A DNA stretch of 57,820 nucleotides from a virus (Duplodnaviria; Caudoviricetes), in the IMG/VR virus record IMGVR_UViG_3300023500_000004, positions 1 through 57,820 of that record. One strand, 5' to 3'. The position numbers and the translations under genes were made by a program. The notes beneath the pieces were generated by a model, which was given only the letters and a program-made list of their open reading frames with translations, had not been told where the DNA came from and ran no database searches. Below are positions 10,216 through 18,440 of the stretch, in pieces; within the stretch, counting starts at the first letter, position 1; each line of letters opens with the position of its first letter.

Positions 10216-11728
10216 CAATGGTAATGTAGTAAATGTTAAGGATTTTGGAGCTGTAGGTGATTGGGACGGCACTACAGGGACAGATGATACGGCTGCTATA
10301 CAATCAGCTGCATTAGCACTGACAGATAATATGGAATTGTTATTTCCTGACGGAGACTATCTAGTAACTGCTTTAATAGATTTTACTTTGAAATCAGGGA
10401 TAACTATTAGAGGCGTGAAGAGAGGTAGTCGTATAAGATTCAATCATTCAGATGCAGCGGGGTTTGATATGGATAACGGGCCTTTTGCGACTCATACAGA
10501 GAGGGCAATTAGCTTAATAGATATGACATTCTACGCAGCATCAACTACAGCAGCTTTACCTGCTATAGCGGTGAATATGAGGAGCTGTCCTGAGTCTACC
10601 GTACAAGGTTGTACCTTTATTAACTGCTCAACAAGCAAGCAGCTGTACCTGTATGAAAGCTGGAGTAGTTCAATTAATAATCACAATTTCTTTGCAGCAG
10701 CAGAAAGTGGATTAACAACTCTTTATGGTGCGCCGGATAATTCTAATGCTGCTGGAGTCGGCTTGCATATTGGTACGGATACACATGCTACTAATATAGA
10801 AAATAATCGTATTAGAGCGGGTTCACCGAGCCTCCAGTTTTCGGGTGGTGACTCATGCTCAATAAGAGGTAACTCCATAGAGAGTGGGACGACTGTGGGG
10901 ATACTAGTAGATAACTCTAGTGCATCTTTAGAGATAGAGAATAACTATTTTGAAGGTGGACAATCTTGGGACGTTGACTACACATCATCAGGGACTAACT
11001 TTTCGCACCAAATAAAAAATAACTTTCACCACGCAATAGGTGGGGTAAGGGTGCAGGCTGGGTGCAGTACAAACGGGATGGTTATTAGTAACAATAATCA
11101 TTTTAGCTCAACTAATGGCGTTAAGATTGAGGCTATAACTGGCTTTAATGGTGTTAAAATATTTGACAATACTTTTAGAAATGTAACAACGCCACTAGAT
11201 ATACCTGCTGCATCTTTGCTAAATATAGGTCTATCTTACCCAGCCAATACATTGCTATTAAATAATTCCTTCTTAGGAACATCACCTAAATCTGGGCAGT
11301 TTAATAGTTCTTCAATAGACTCTATAGGAAATTGGGCGACTTTTGCAGGAACAGGTAGTACGTCTGCATCATCTATAAATCATTCGGGTAAAGTTATGGA
11401 TAACCTTATAGGAACCTCTTCATGGACTGCCTTCTTAGACTATGTATTTGATAATTCTATGAGGGATGAATATGTAACAGTTTCAATACCTTTTATTACT
11501 CCAGCAGGGACTAATGTAGTTGTAACGATTGATGATGGTGTAACTACACGAGGGTATACATGCAACGCCAATGCAACTGGAAGCATAGCAGTTAATTCAT
11601 TGTTTTATTATAAAATGTCGGCTACTGCTACAAAGTTAAGAGTCAGAGTCAATGTTGGTACGCTGACAATACAAACAATAAAGCCTGCCATTAGAATGGG
11701 TGCCCACGATGACTTGGTGTTTATCTAG
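10184..11728 (+). CDS. Tailspike 2, pectate-lyase-like right-handed beta-helix (putative depolymerase)
   Basis: VNVKDFGAVGD...DDTAAIQ...LLFPDGDY motif; Asn-rich IENN/ISNN rungs; only a short N-terminal adaptor. Confidence 0.78.
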   Translation: MTQTKLAFNQINGNVVNVKDFGAVGDWDGTTGTDDTAAIQSAALALTDNMELLFPDGDYLVTALIDFTLKSGITIRGVKRGSRIRFNHSDAAGFDMDNGPFATHTERAISLIDMTFYAASTTAALPAIAVNMRSCPESTVQGCTFINCSTSKQLYLYESWSSSINNHNFFAAAESGLTTLYGAPDNSNAAGVGLHIGTDTHATNIENNRIRAGSPSLQFSGGDSCSIRGNSIESGTTVGILVDNSSASLEIENNYFEGGQSWDVDYTSSGTNFSHQIKNNFHHAIGGVRVQAGCSTNGMVISNNNHFSSTNGVKIEAITGFNGVKIFDNTFRNVTTPLDIPAASLLNIGLSYPANTLLLNNSFLGTSPKSGQFNSSSIDSIGNWATFAGTGSTSASSINHSGKVMDNLIGTSSWTAFLDYVFDNSMRDEYVTVSIPFITPAGTNVVVTIDDGVTTRGYTCNANATGSIAVNSLFYYKMSATATKLRVRVNVGTLTIQTIKPAIRMGAHDDLVFI

Positions 11729-11733
11729 GAGAA

Positions 11734-11771
11734 TAAATTATGACACAAACAAAATTAGCTTTTAATCAGAT
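11734..11771 (+). repeat. 38-bp exact direct repeat, copy 2
   Basis: Identical to 10178-10215. Confidence 0.95.
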
Positions 11772-11823
11772 TGAAGGTGCAGCGGTTAACATATTTGATT
11801 ATTTTGGTGTTCAGCATATATAA
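11740..11823 (+). pseudogene. Truncated third tailspike (MTQTKLAFNQIEGAAVNIFDYFGVQHI*)
   Basis: AGGAGA RBS, same first 11 aa as tailspike 2, VNIFDY resembles VNVKDF, stops after 27 codons. Confidence 0.7.
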
Positions 11824-11910
11824 GTTAAGGGTTAATAAAATGTATCTAATAAAAGAAAGAGGACTATAGCTAGTCTCACAAGTTAGAATAAGATTAGTGT
11901 GGAACACTCC

Positions 11911-12327
11911 TCACGGGGTGTATCCATTATCTCTCCATATATCAGCTAACTCCCAAGCTCTTAATTTAACTTGGTGAGCCCATTTAGAGTCTAACATTTC
12001 ATTGACAACAAGGACGTTGTCCTTATCTTCTATTGCTTTTATCATTTTCTTAAACTGACCAAACCCAACTTCACCTAAATTAAAAACCATATTAATAATA
12101 ACATCTCTCCTAGCACTTGATAAATGCTTAAACCATTTGTATTTATCTCTCAACCTATTTTCTATATTACATACTTGTATAACAAGTATTTTCTCTGCAA
12201 ACTCTTGGTTTATACCAGCATCTAAATTAAAACCATAACCAATGGTTGAATAACCATTGATGTCTAAATATGGTTTACTTCTAAACCCTTCATGTTTCTT
12301 TAGTTGTTCAATTAAATTCTTAAGCAT
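11911..12327 (-). CDS. Endolysin, phage lysozyme (GH24-like)
   Basis: HEGFRSKPYLDINGYSTIGYG catalytic segment; MVFNLG and DSKWAHQV motifs. Confidence 0.85.
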   Translation of the reverse strand: MLKNLIEQLKKHEGFRSKPYLDINGYSTIGYGFNLDAGINQEFAEKILVIQVCNIENRLRDKYKWFKHLSSARRDVIINMVFNLGEVGFGQFKKMIKAIEDKDNVLVVNEMLDSKWAHQVKLRAWELADIWRDNGYTP

Positions 12328-12387
12328 TTTTTAACACTCCTTTTTGTTCTGAATATCTCATCCATTTCTCTAATTTTTTATGTTTAT

Positions 12388-14301
12388 TCATATAGAACAT
12401 CCCCCAGCTGTACAGGCAAGCATTTGCTGCCCTTCTGTTCTATCTTCTGTTTCATAACTACCAAGCAAACTCCAATCAATATTAGGCATGATGGCTAGTT
12501 TCTCTTCATACTCTCCTTCTGTGCATTCTTCATATGGAGCTTGTCTATAACTATGCTCAGAACGAGGTAGAAAACTAACACCGCTAACTGTATCGAAATT
12601 CTTATACAGCCACGCACCGACCTCCAAAAACTCTTCGTCACTATAATAAACCGTAATAGAAGGTTTGTGTTCACACCACTCATCCTGATAAATACTCCAT
12701 AAGTTTAATTGTTCTATTGCTGTTAAGTCTTTAGTTTGTACACTAGCTTCTGGTGACTTCTGTGGAAAACTAAATACAAGAGTTGAAGGGTTCATTAAGT
12801 CGTCTTCACATTCAACACCCTGATCAACCATAAGTTGTGACAAAGGATCTTTCTTATCTCCTCTCACTCGTCTGATGTAGTAAGGAGAAAAACGAGGATG
12901 AATACCACTGCTGCTATTGACAAGCTGAGATACAGTTCCACTAGGCTTAACGCAAGTAGTGGCAGTAGAAGGATTAATACCAAGCCTCTCAGACCATTCT
13001 TTATTTGTTTCAATCACCACCTCTCTTATATTATATAATATATCCTCAAGATTATCATCTGTATTATTAGATAAAATAGCATTATCCATAATCCCTGTAA
13101 GAGATACACCAAGCAAACACTCTTCTTCTGTATTACGTTTCCATATATTCCTTAAGTATCTGAAGTTTGTTTGGGTGGCTTGTAATGTTCCGAGGATAGC
13201 TGCAATTCTAGCCTTTCGTTTGAGAGTAGTAAAGGTGTCATCATGTCTAACAATAATTTCTGATAGGTTACAAAATTGATTTGGTCGGAGTATGATTTCT
13301 GAACAAGGGTTTGTACCAAATTCCTGGTTGCTATCTCGTCTACCGTTTCTTTCTGCAATTCTCTTAGAAGCCACTCTAGAGAATACACCCCTCTCTCCTG
13401 ATTTTGATTCATATAAGTTCTTCCATTCTTTTAAGAATGATTCTAAATCTGGCCGTTCTGTATAACATGCGGAGTTATTGGCCAAAGCTCTTTGTGGGTT
13501 TGTCTCCCACCATTGACCATTCTTAGCTCTACGCATTCTATCATCAGTTAAATTAGACAGGCTAATCAAAGCACTACGTCTAACACCACCAACAACTACA
13601 ATGTCAGCAACTTTGCAAACTAAATCATGGCATTCTATAGAAGTTAAGCTTCTACCTGCCGCCCCTTTAAATAGAGATACAGCAAACTCAAACAAGTCTA
13701 CTAAAGGCTGTGGCCCACTAGCTCTACCACCAAATGTTTTTAATACAGCCCCGGCAGGGCGTACATTAGACACATCCCAGGTTGGAATGGTTCCCGCATA
13801 TAACATACTTAACAGCTCTTTAAAAGCTGAAGCCCAACCAATCTTACTATCTCTCACTTTGATTACAGTGTCTGTTGTGTACATCTCTTCAGCTACTTCA
13901 GGTAGCTTACTAATACTCTGCCTCTCTACGCTAAACCCAACACCAGTGCCACACATTAATATATACATCACCTCATCAAAGCAACGTACATTATCAATAG
14001 CTACATAAGCACAATTAAAACCAGCTACATTATCTCTCTCTAAAGCTATACCTGATGTCATTAGCGCCCTCATACTCGGCATAACTTCTAAATTTATAAT
14101 AGCTTGTTCTAATTCCTCCCATTCTGGTTGTTCATCGAAAGCTGTTATTCTATCTTGCACTACAGCTTTAAAATGCTCTATATACCTGTGTACAGTTTCT
14201 TCCCACTGTTCTCTTCTACCCTTATCTGGAAGCCATTTAGCATAGCGTGATAGGGCGATATAGGATTCATAATTACCCATTTGTGTTTTTGTTTGCTCCA
14301 T
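12388..14301 (-). CDS. nrdJ: Class II (cobalamin-dependent) ribonucleotide reductase, monomeric RTPR type
   Basis: PSMR, FNCAY, GGVRRSA, TNPCSE, CNLSE, CVKPSGT motifs and C-terminal CTAGGC; no small-subunit gene nearby. Confidence 0.9.
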   Translation of the reverse strand: MEQTKTQMGNYESYIALSRYAKWLPDKGRREQWEETVHRYIEHFKAVVQDRITAFDEQPEWEELEQAIINLEVMPSMRALMTSGIALERDNVAGFNCAYVAIDNVRCFDEVMYILMCGTGVGFSVERQSISKLPEVAEEMYTTDTVIKVRDSKIGWASAFKELLSMLYAGTIPTWDVSNVRPAGAVLKTFGGRASGPQPLVDLFEFAVSLFKGAAGRSLTSIECHDLVCKVADIVVVGGVRRSALISLSNLTDDRMRRAKNGQWWETNPQRALANNSACYTERPDLESFLKEWKNLYESKSGERGVFSRVASKRIAERNGRRDSNQEFGTNPCSEIILRPNQFCNLSEIIVRHDDTFTTLKRKARIAAILGTLQATQTNFRYLRNIWKRNTEEECLLGVSLTGIMDNAILSNNTDDNLEDILYNIREVVIETNKEWSERLGINPSTATTCVKPSGTVSQLVNSSSGIHPRFSPYYIRRVRGDKKDPLSQLMVDQGVECEDDLMNPSTLVFSFPQKSPEASVQTKDLTAIEQLNLWSIYQDEWCEHKPSITVYYSDEEFLEVGAWLYKNFDTVSGVSFLPRSEHSYRQAPYEECTEGEYEEKLAIMPNIDWSLLGSYETEDRTEGQQMLACTAGGCSI

Positions 14302-14583
14302 TTAAATTTCCTGTATTCTTTTTAGTTCTCTGTTTAAATAAAATATAGCTTTCTTTAAATCTTCCTCTGCATTATCTTTCAACCCAACTCTCCATATATA
14401 TTTTATAGCATTGCCTAGACAGAAATTCATATGCTCTGTTATCTCTATACATTCCACCCCTGAGGGGTGTTCAGTGTAATGCTCTGGGTGATTTACATTA
14501 TCATTCATAAGCTCACTTGGTCTCTTATCTATTCTGTGTAAAGTCTCAGACATAGCATTCTCCATCATTACCGTTACGTCCAA
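14302..14583 (-). CDS. DUF3310-family protein (T7 gp1.7-like nucleotide kinase domain)
   Basis: VNHPEHY...ECIEI...GNAIKYIWR...EDLKKA motif; true start may be a downstream Met. Confidence 0.8.
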   Translation of the reverse strand: MDVTVMMENAMSETLHRIDKRPSELMNDNVNHPEHYTEHPSGVECIEITEHMNFCLGNAIKYIWRVGLKDNAEEDLKKAIFYLNRELKRIQEI

Positions 14584-14731
14584 TAAGCTCCATTCTATCC
14601 TCCCCTAATATAGCTTCAAGCATATCTATCAACTCTTCAGCATCATCTTTTAAATCATCTGTCTCTGATCCATCTCTAACCTCATGCAGGATATTTAACA
14701 AACTCCAGATTTCACATTTAGTTATTAGCAT
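14546..14731 (-). CDS. Hypothetical protein
   Basis: 61 aa with GAGGA RBS, fills the gap in a tightly packed operon. Confidence 0.55.
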   Translation of the reverse strand: MLITKCEIWSLLNILHEVRDGSETDDLKDDAEELIDMLEAILGEDRMELIGRNGNDGECYV

Positions 14732-14740
14732 ATTTCATCC

Positions 14741-14926
14741 TCAAATAACTCCACATAGCTTTGCAGACAAACTAAAAAATAAAATAGATACAGTTGTAAG
14801 AAATATAACAGGAGCTAAGTCTTCTATACTTGCCATAACTACACATAGCCTTAAAGCAAAACTAAAAAATAAAATAGATACAGTTGTAAGAAATGTAGCA
14901 AAAGCTAAGTCTATTAGATCAGGCAT
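14741..14926 (-). CDS. Small two-helix membrane protein built from an internal duplication
   Basis: Two copies of FLTTVSILFFS; GGAG RBS. Confidence 0.55.
   Translation of the reverse strand: MPDLIDLAFATFLTTVSILFFSFALRLCVVMASIEDLAPVIFLTTVSILFFSLSAKLCGVI
14745..14912. repeat. Tandem duplication, 90-bp period, 36-bp exact core
   Basis: AAACTAAAAAATAAAATAGATACAGTTGTAAGAAAT at 14769-14804 and 14859-14894. Confidence 0.9.
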
Positions 14927-15680
14927 ATTTATTCTCCAAATAGTTTAAACTAACTGGCATCTCGTCAAAGCTACCCTCTTTAACATCATGTAACATCCAA
15001 ACTCCTCTCCAGCTTGTATTAGTTTGTGCATTTAAATACTCTTCATCATGCTGATAGAATATACCAGCAAATATACCAGTCATGCTAGTACCATCAGCTC
15101 TCTTGGCGAAAGCTATATCTCGATCCTGAACATGGCCCATAACACAAGACATATGTTTTTTATTAAGCATTAGTCTTGCAGAAGATACAGGTCTACCCAT
15201 AACACCAGAAGTGAAATAGTGACAATAAGCTATGTCATCTATTATAATTGGTTCTAAATATGGCACTACATTCCAGCCATAATCAGCTAAGTTGAAGTCG
15301 TTGTAGCTTAGCAACCCCTCTAGCTTTCTATCACTATCTATAGCACGTTCTATTCTATTTTCATGGTTACCCAGTGTAAACACTAAACGTGGCTTATAGC
15401 GAGGTTTGTGCTGTCTAGACGCTTTTGCATTATACTCTTCTATAGGAGCCATAAGCTCATTCATAGCTCTATTACCAGCCTCTATGTCGTCTATATACTT
15501 CCTCCCTTCAAAACCTTTCTTACCAATGTCATACACAGATAGAGAGGGCATATCCCAATGATCTCCTATATGTATAATAACATCAGGTTTCTTTTCTACA
15601 ATATATTTACCAAGCCATCTAAGATGATCAAAAGATTCATTTGGTTTACATTGTGTATCAGATATTACAAGATGCTTCAT
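14919..15680 (-). CDS. Calcineurin-like metallophosphoesterase
   Basis: ISDTQ, IGDHWD, GNHE, GHVQ motifs; start moved to MKHLVISD. Confidence 0.85.
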   Translation of the reverse strand: MKHLVISDTQCKPNESFDHLRWLGKYIVEKKPDVIIHIGDHWDMPSLSVYDIGKKGFEGRKYIDDIEAGNRAMNELMAPIEEYNAKASRQHKPRYKPRLVFTLGNHENRIERAIDSDRKLEGLLSYNDFNLADYGWNVVPYLEPIIIDDIAYCHYFTSGVMGRPVSSARLMLNKKHMSCVMGHVQDRDIAFAKRADGTSMTGIFAGIFYQHDEEYLNAQTNTSWRGVWMLHDVKEGSFDEMPVSLNYLENKYA

Positions 15681-15870
15681 AAGCTTCATATTCCTTAACA
15701 CATGGTAGGCAGAATGCCTTTTCATTAACAGTTATTACATCTTTATCTTTTACATTGTATATATACTTTCTTCTGCTCTTATCTTCTAATCCTCCGATAC
15801 CCGACCATAATAAAATATGACATTGATCACATGTATACCCACCATAGCCACTATTAAATTTCTCAGACAT
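15658..15870 (-). CDS. Small Cys-rich (zinc-binding) hypothetical protein
   Basis: CDQC and CLPC pairs; start estimated. Confidence 0.55.
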   Translation of the reverse strand: MSEKFNSGYGGYTCDQCHILLWSGIGGLEDKSRRKYIYNVKDKDVITVNEKAFCLPCVKEYEAYEASCNI

Positions 15871-16432
15871 CCCATTTACCATCTTTACATTCATAAGTTA
15901 GTTTATAATAAGCTTTAGCTAAGTGATTGAATACAATTATACCCTCTGGTGTATACTCTTCCATAGCTCCTATATTTAGTAAATTCTCCATAGCTTGTGT
16001 AACTGCTTCTTTTGTATTATCTCCATTATACAACTCTCTAACTGTTGTACAACAAGAGGGACACCTCTCACCATAAGTTCCCCACCTATGGGTATTAAAT
16101 AGATAAAACCTTTTTATTGGTAAGTTGTGTGGATTTTTTTGAATACTTGGCCCAACCCATTCTCCAAAATGATGACCTTCACCAAGTTCTAATAGCTCTT
16201 TTTCATTATCTCTAACCCATCCTGCAAATCCAGCATTATCACAATTATTTAAATTATTATATCCTTCTGGATATATAAATCTTTTTCTTGATTGTATACC
16301 TACTATTTCTCCCTCTTTAATTATAATACTAGAATTAGTTCCATCCATTTTTTCTGTTATTGTTATTTTCTCTTTATTTAAACGAGGTATTTTAGGCCAA
16401 GCCTTAAATTCTAATTTGTTATCTAAATTCAT
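15863..16432 (-). CDS. RNA ligase (Rnl2-like adenylyltransferase domain only)
   Basis: Motif I TEKMDGTN, QSR, FGEW, PEGIIV, C-terminal YK. Confidence 0.8.
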   Translation of the reverse strand: MNLDNKLEFKAWPKIPRLNKEKITITEKMDGTNSSIIIKEGEIVGIQSRKRFIYPEGYNNLNNCDNAGFAGWVRDNEKELLELGEGHHFGEWVGPSIQKNPHNLPIKRFYLFNTHRWGTYGERCPSCCTTVRELYNGDNTKEAVTQAMENLLNIGAMEEYTPEGIIVFNHLAKAYYKLTYECKDGKWDV

Positions 16433-16909
16433 CTATAAACTCTCCTCAAAAATCTTTACACGTTTCACGGCATTGCTTCCTACTTCTAAGCCTAGCTTTA
16501 TTAGCTCTGTCTTCTGGCCTTTTGCATCTAACTTCTTAAACTGAGCTACTACAGGGTTTATGCCACGTTCTTTCATAGTTTTTAGATAGTGACAAGGCCT
16601 ACATAGCACTTGCAACCCGCCAGCACCACAGAATAGGTTTGATACAAACTCTGGTAAATCTTCATAATCTTTTAGTTTACCTAAAGGCTTTATATGATCT
16701 ACTATAACAACTTTGTTTGGGAAATGCTTGTTACATTCAGCACATTTATATTCCCACTTCTGTTTGCTATTCTTGCCATGTGTTTTCTTACGCTTAGCTG
16801 CTTGCACTACTTTAAACTTGGGCGGGTAACGCCTAGAGGCTTCTCTTAAAGCACTACGAATAAAACTCCAATACCTACTATCTGTCCAGTTAGTTACAGG
16901 ATTTGTCAT
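16433..16909 (-). CDS. HNH endonuclease
   Basis: CAEC...VDHIKP...LQVLCRPCH. Confidence 0.8.
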   Translation of the reverse strand: MTNPVTNWTDSRYWSFIRSALREASRRYPPKFKVVQAAKRKKTHGKNSKQKWEYKCAECNKHFPNKVVIVDHIKPLGKLKDYEDLPEFVSNLFCGAGGLQVLCRPCHYLKTMKERGINPVVAQFKKLDAKGQKTELIKLGLEVGSNAVKRVKIFEESL

Positions 16910-17709
16910 ACAAACTCCTTATAATCATAATCTAAACTCCATATCTCATTAGGCTTTCTACGCATGTGCAAAGCTACACCCATCTGTGTTAGATATTCTG
17001 TAGAACAACCGTGATTATTATATTCAGATATAACAATGTCCATCCAACTCTTGATGTAAAATGGCAATCTTTTAATTGCTGTTCTCTTACCAATACCCTT
17101 GAGACCAGGTATTGAGTCGGTAGTGTCTCCAGATAAGAGCTGTCGCGCAAAGTTGAGTTGAGCTTCTTCTTCCGTAACATATTTAATCTCCTTAGTTACA
17201 TAATTATAGTGATAACCTTTACTATTGTCTAAATCTTTATCTATAGTTACAATGCAAGACTCTTTATCTTTATATGCATATTGCTCCCAACTAACTCTAT
17301 CATCAACCTCTTCTCCATCTACAACTATAGCTCCTTCATGCTTAATGAGATAGTCTTTCATTTCTTTAATGTGTATGGGTTTAGCTGATGCTTTCCTGTC
17401 TTTTTTATATTCAGGGAACACATCAAATCTAAAGTTACCCTTTCCACCTATATAAATCTGAGATGATACATTAGCTACATCCCTCATTTGCTTAACTACA
17501 TGCTTTAGATTAGAAATAGTATGTGATAAGGGGCCAGCCTCTTTTGTCAATTCCACTTCCCCACCCACCTCATCTTGCATAATGTTAGCATCAACTTTAA
17601 ACTTATGTTCTCCTATTATTTGTCCGTCTATTAAGTTTAAATAGGTTCTTGTTTCATTAGAACACCCCGCCCTATACAGGACAGAGTCAGCATCAATTAA
17701 TAAATGCAT
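16906..17709 (-). CDS. 5'-3' exonuclease (T7 gp6/FEN-like)
   Basis: LIDADS, NFR..YK.DR, EVDD, DKDL, GDTTDSIPGLKGIG motifs. Confidence 0.9.
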   Translation of the reverse strand: MHLLIDADSVLYRAGCSNETRTYLNLIDGQIIGEHKFKVDANIMQDEVGGEVELTKEAGPLSHTISNLKHVVKQMRDVANVSSQIYIGGKGNFRFDVFPEYKKDRKASAKPIHIKEMKDYLIKHEGAIVVDGEEVDDRVSWEQYAYKDKESCIVTIDKDLDNSKGYHYNYVTKEIKYVTEEEAQLNFARQLLSGDTTDSIPGLKGIGKRTAIKRLPFYIKSWMDIVISEYNNHGCSTEYLTQMGVALHMRRKPNEIWSLDYDYKEFV

Positions 17710-17711
17710 AA

Positions 17712-17930
17712 TTACTTGACCACTTTTAAAGGATTTGTAGGCTTAGACTTCTCTAGATTAGTTTCTAGTTCGTTTAATAATTCATAAGCCATAAACAAGG
17801 CAGAACACATACTCTCTATGGTTTGATATTTCCTATGTACAATCCCATAATTGCATTCCTTTTCTGCACTTGTCTCTTCATCCAAGATTATAATATCGTA
17901 TACACTTCCTTCATGTATTATATCATTCAT
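17712..17930 (-). CDS. Hypothetical protein
   Basis: 72 aa, overlap-coupled within the operon. Confidence 0.55.
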   Translation of the reverse strand: MNDIIHEGSVYDIIILDEETSAEKECNYGIVHRKYQTIESMCSALFMAYELLNELETNLEKSKPTNPLKVVK

Positions 17931-18420
17931 TTTCTGGTGTGGGTATTAAGTCCTCAACACTAATCCCACCCTCATCCATAACGCCTTGTAAAGCTACATA
18001 GTATTGATTAGTTATGTCTTCAATGAAAGCTAAAGCTGCATCAACTTTATCAGCCTGTTTAGCTGGAAGCTTTAGAGCATCATTTGCTAACAATACATTT
18101 GTAACAGCTATAGCGTCTTTACGACAACTCTGATATCTAATACTAATATCTCTAGTATCAATACGTACAGCTGGTGGCGCTGTAGCTACACCAGTATTTT
18201 GTGCTTGAGCTGAGCCACCTGTTGCTAATTTAATGTTAGCTATGTTTTTATATTGACCTTTCATAGCTATCTCATAATCAATACAATCTCCTTGGTTACA
18301 TTCTGGTTTCTTAAACCCAGCACCAAGCCATTCACCTCCCACTTTAACACTGAATAAAGTGTATGGGCCATTTCTACCCATACCTGGTTTTTCACCAATC
18401 TGTTCAACAAAACCTTGCAT
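17923..18420 (-). CDS. Putative single-stranded DNA-binding protein
   Basis: Beta-rich OB-like N-terminus, acidic tail, between polymerase and exonuclease. Confidence 0.5.
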   Translation of the reverse strand: MQGFVEQIGEKPGMGRNGPYTLFSVKVGGEWLGAGFKKPECNQGDCIDYEIAMKGQYKNIANIKLATGGSAQAQNTGVATAPPAVRIDTRDISIRYQSCRKDAIAVTNVLLANDALKLPAKQADKVDAALAFIEDITNQYYVALQGVMDEGGISVEDLIPTPENE

Positions 18421-18440
18421 ATATCATCTCTCTTGCTATT

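Noticed and set aside
11904-11921. Hairpin between convergent arms as a bidirectional terminator
   Set aside because: The stem ACACTCC/GGGGTGT overlaps the lysozyme stop and has no U-tract on either side.
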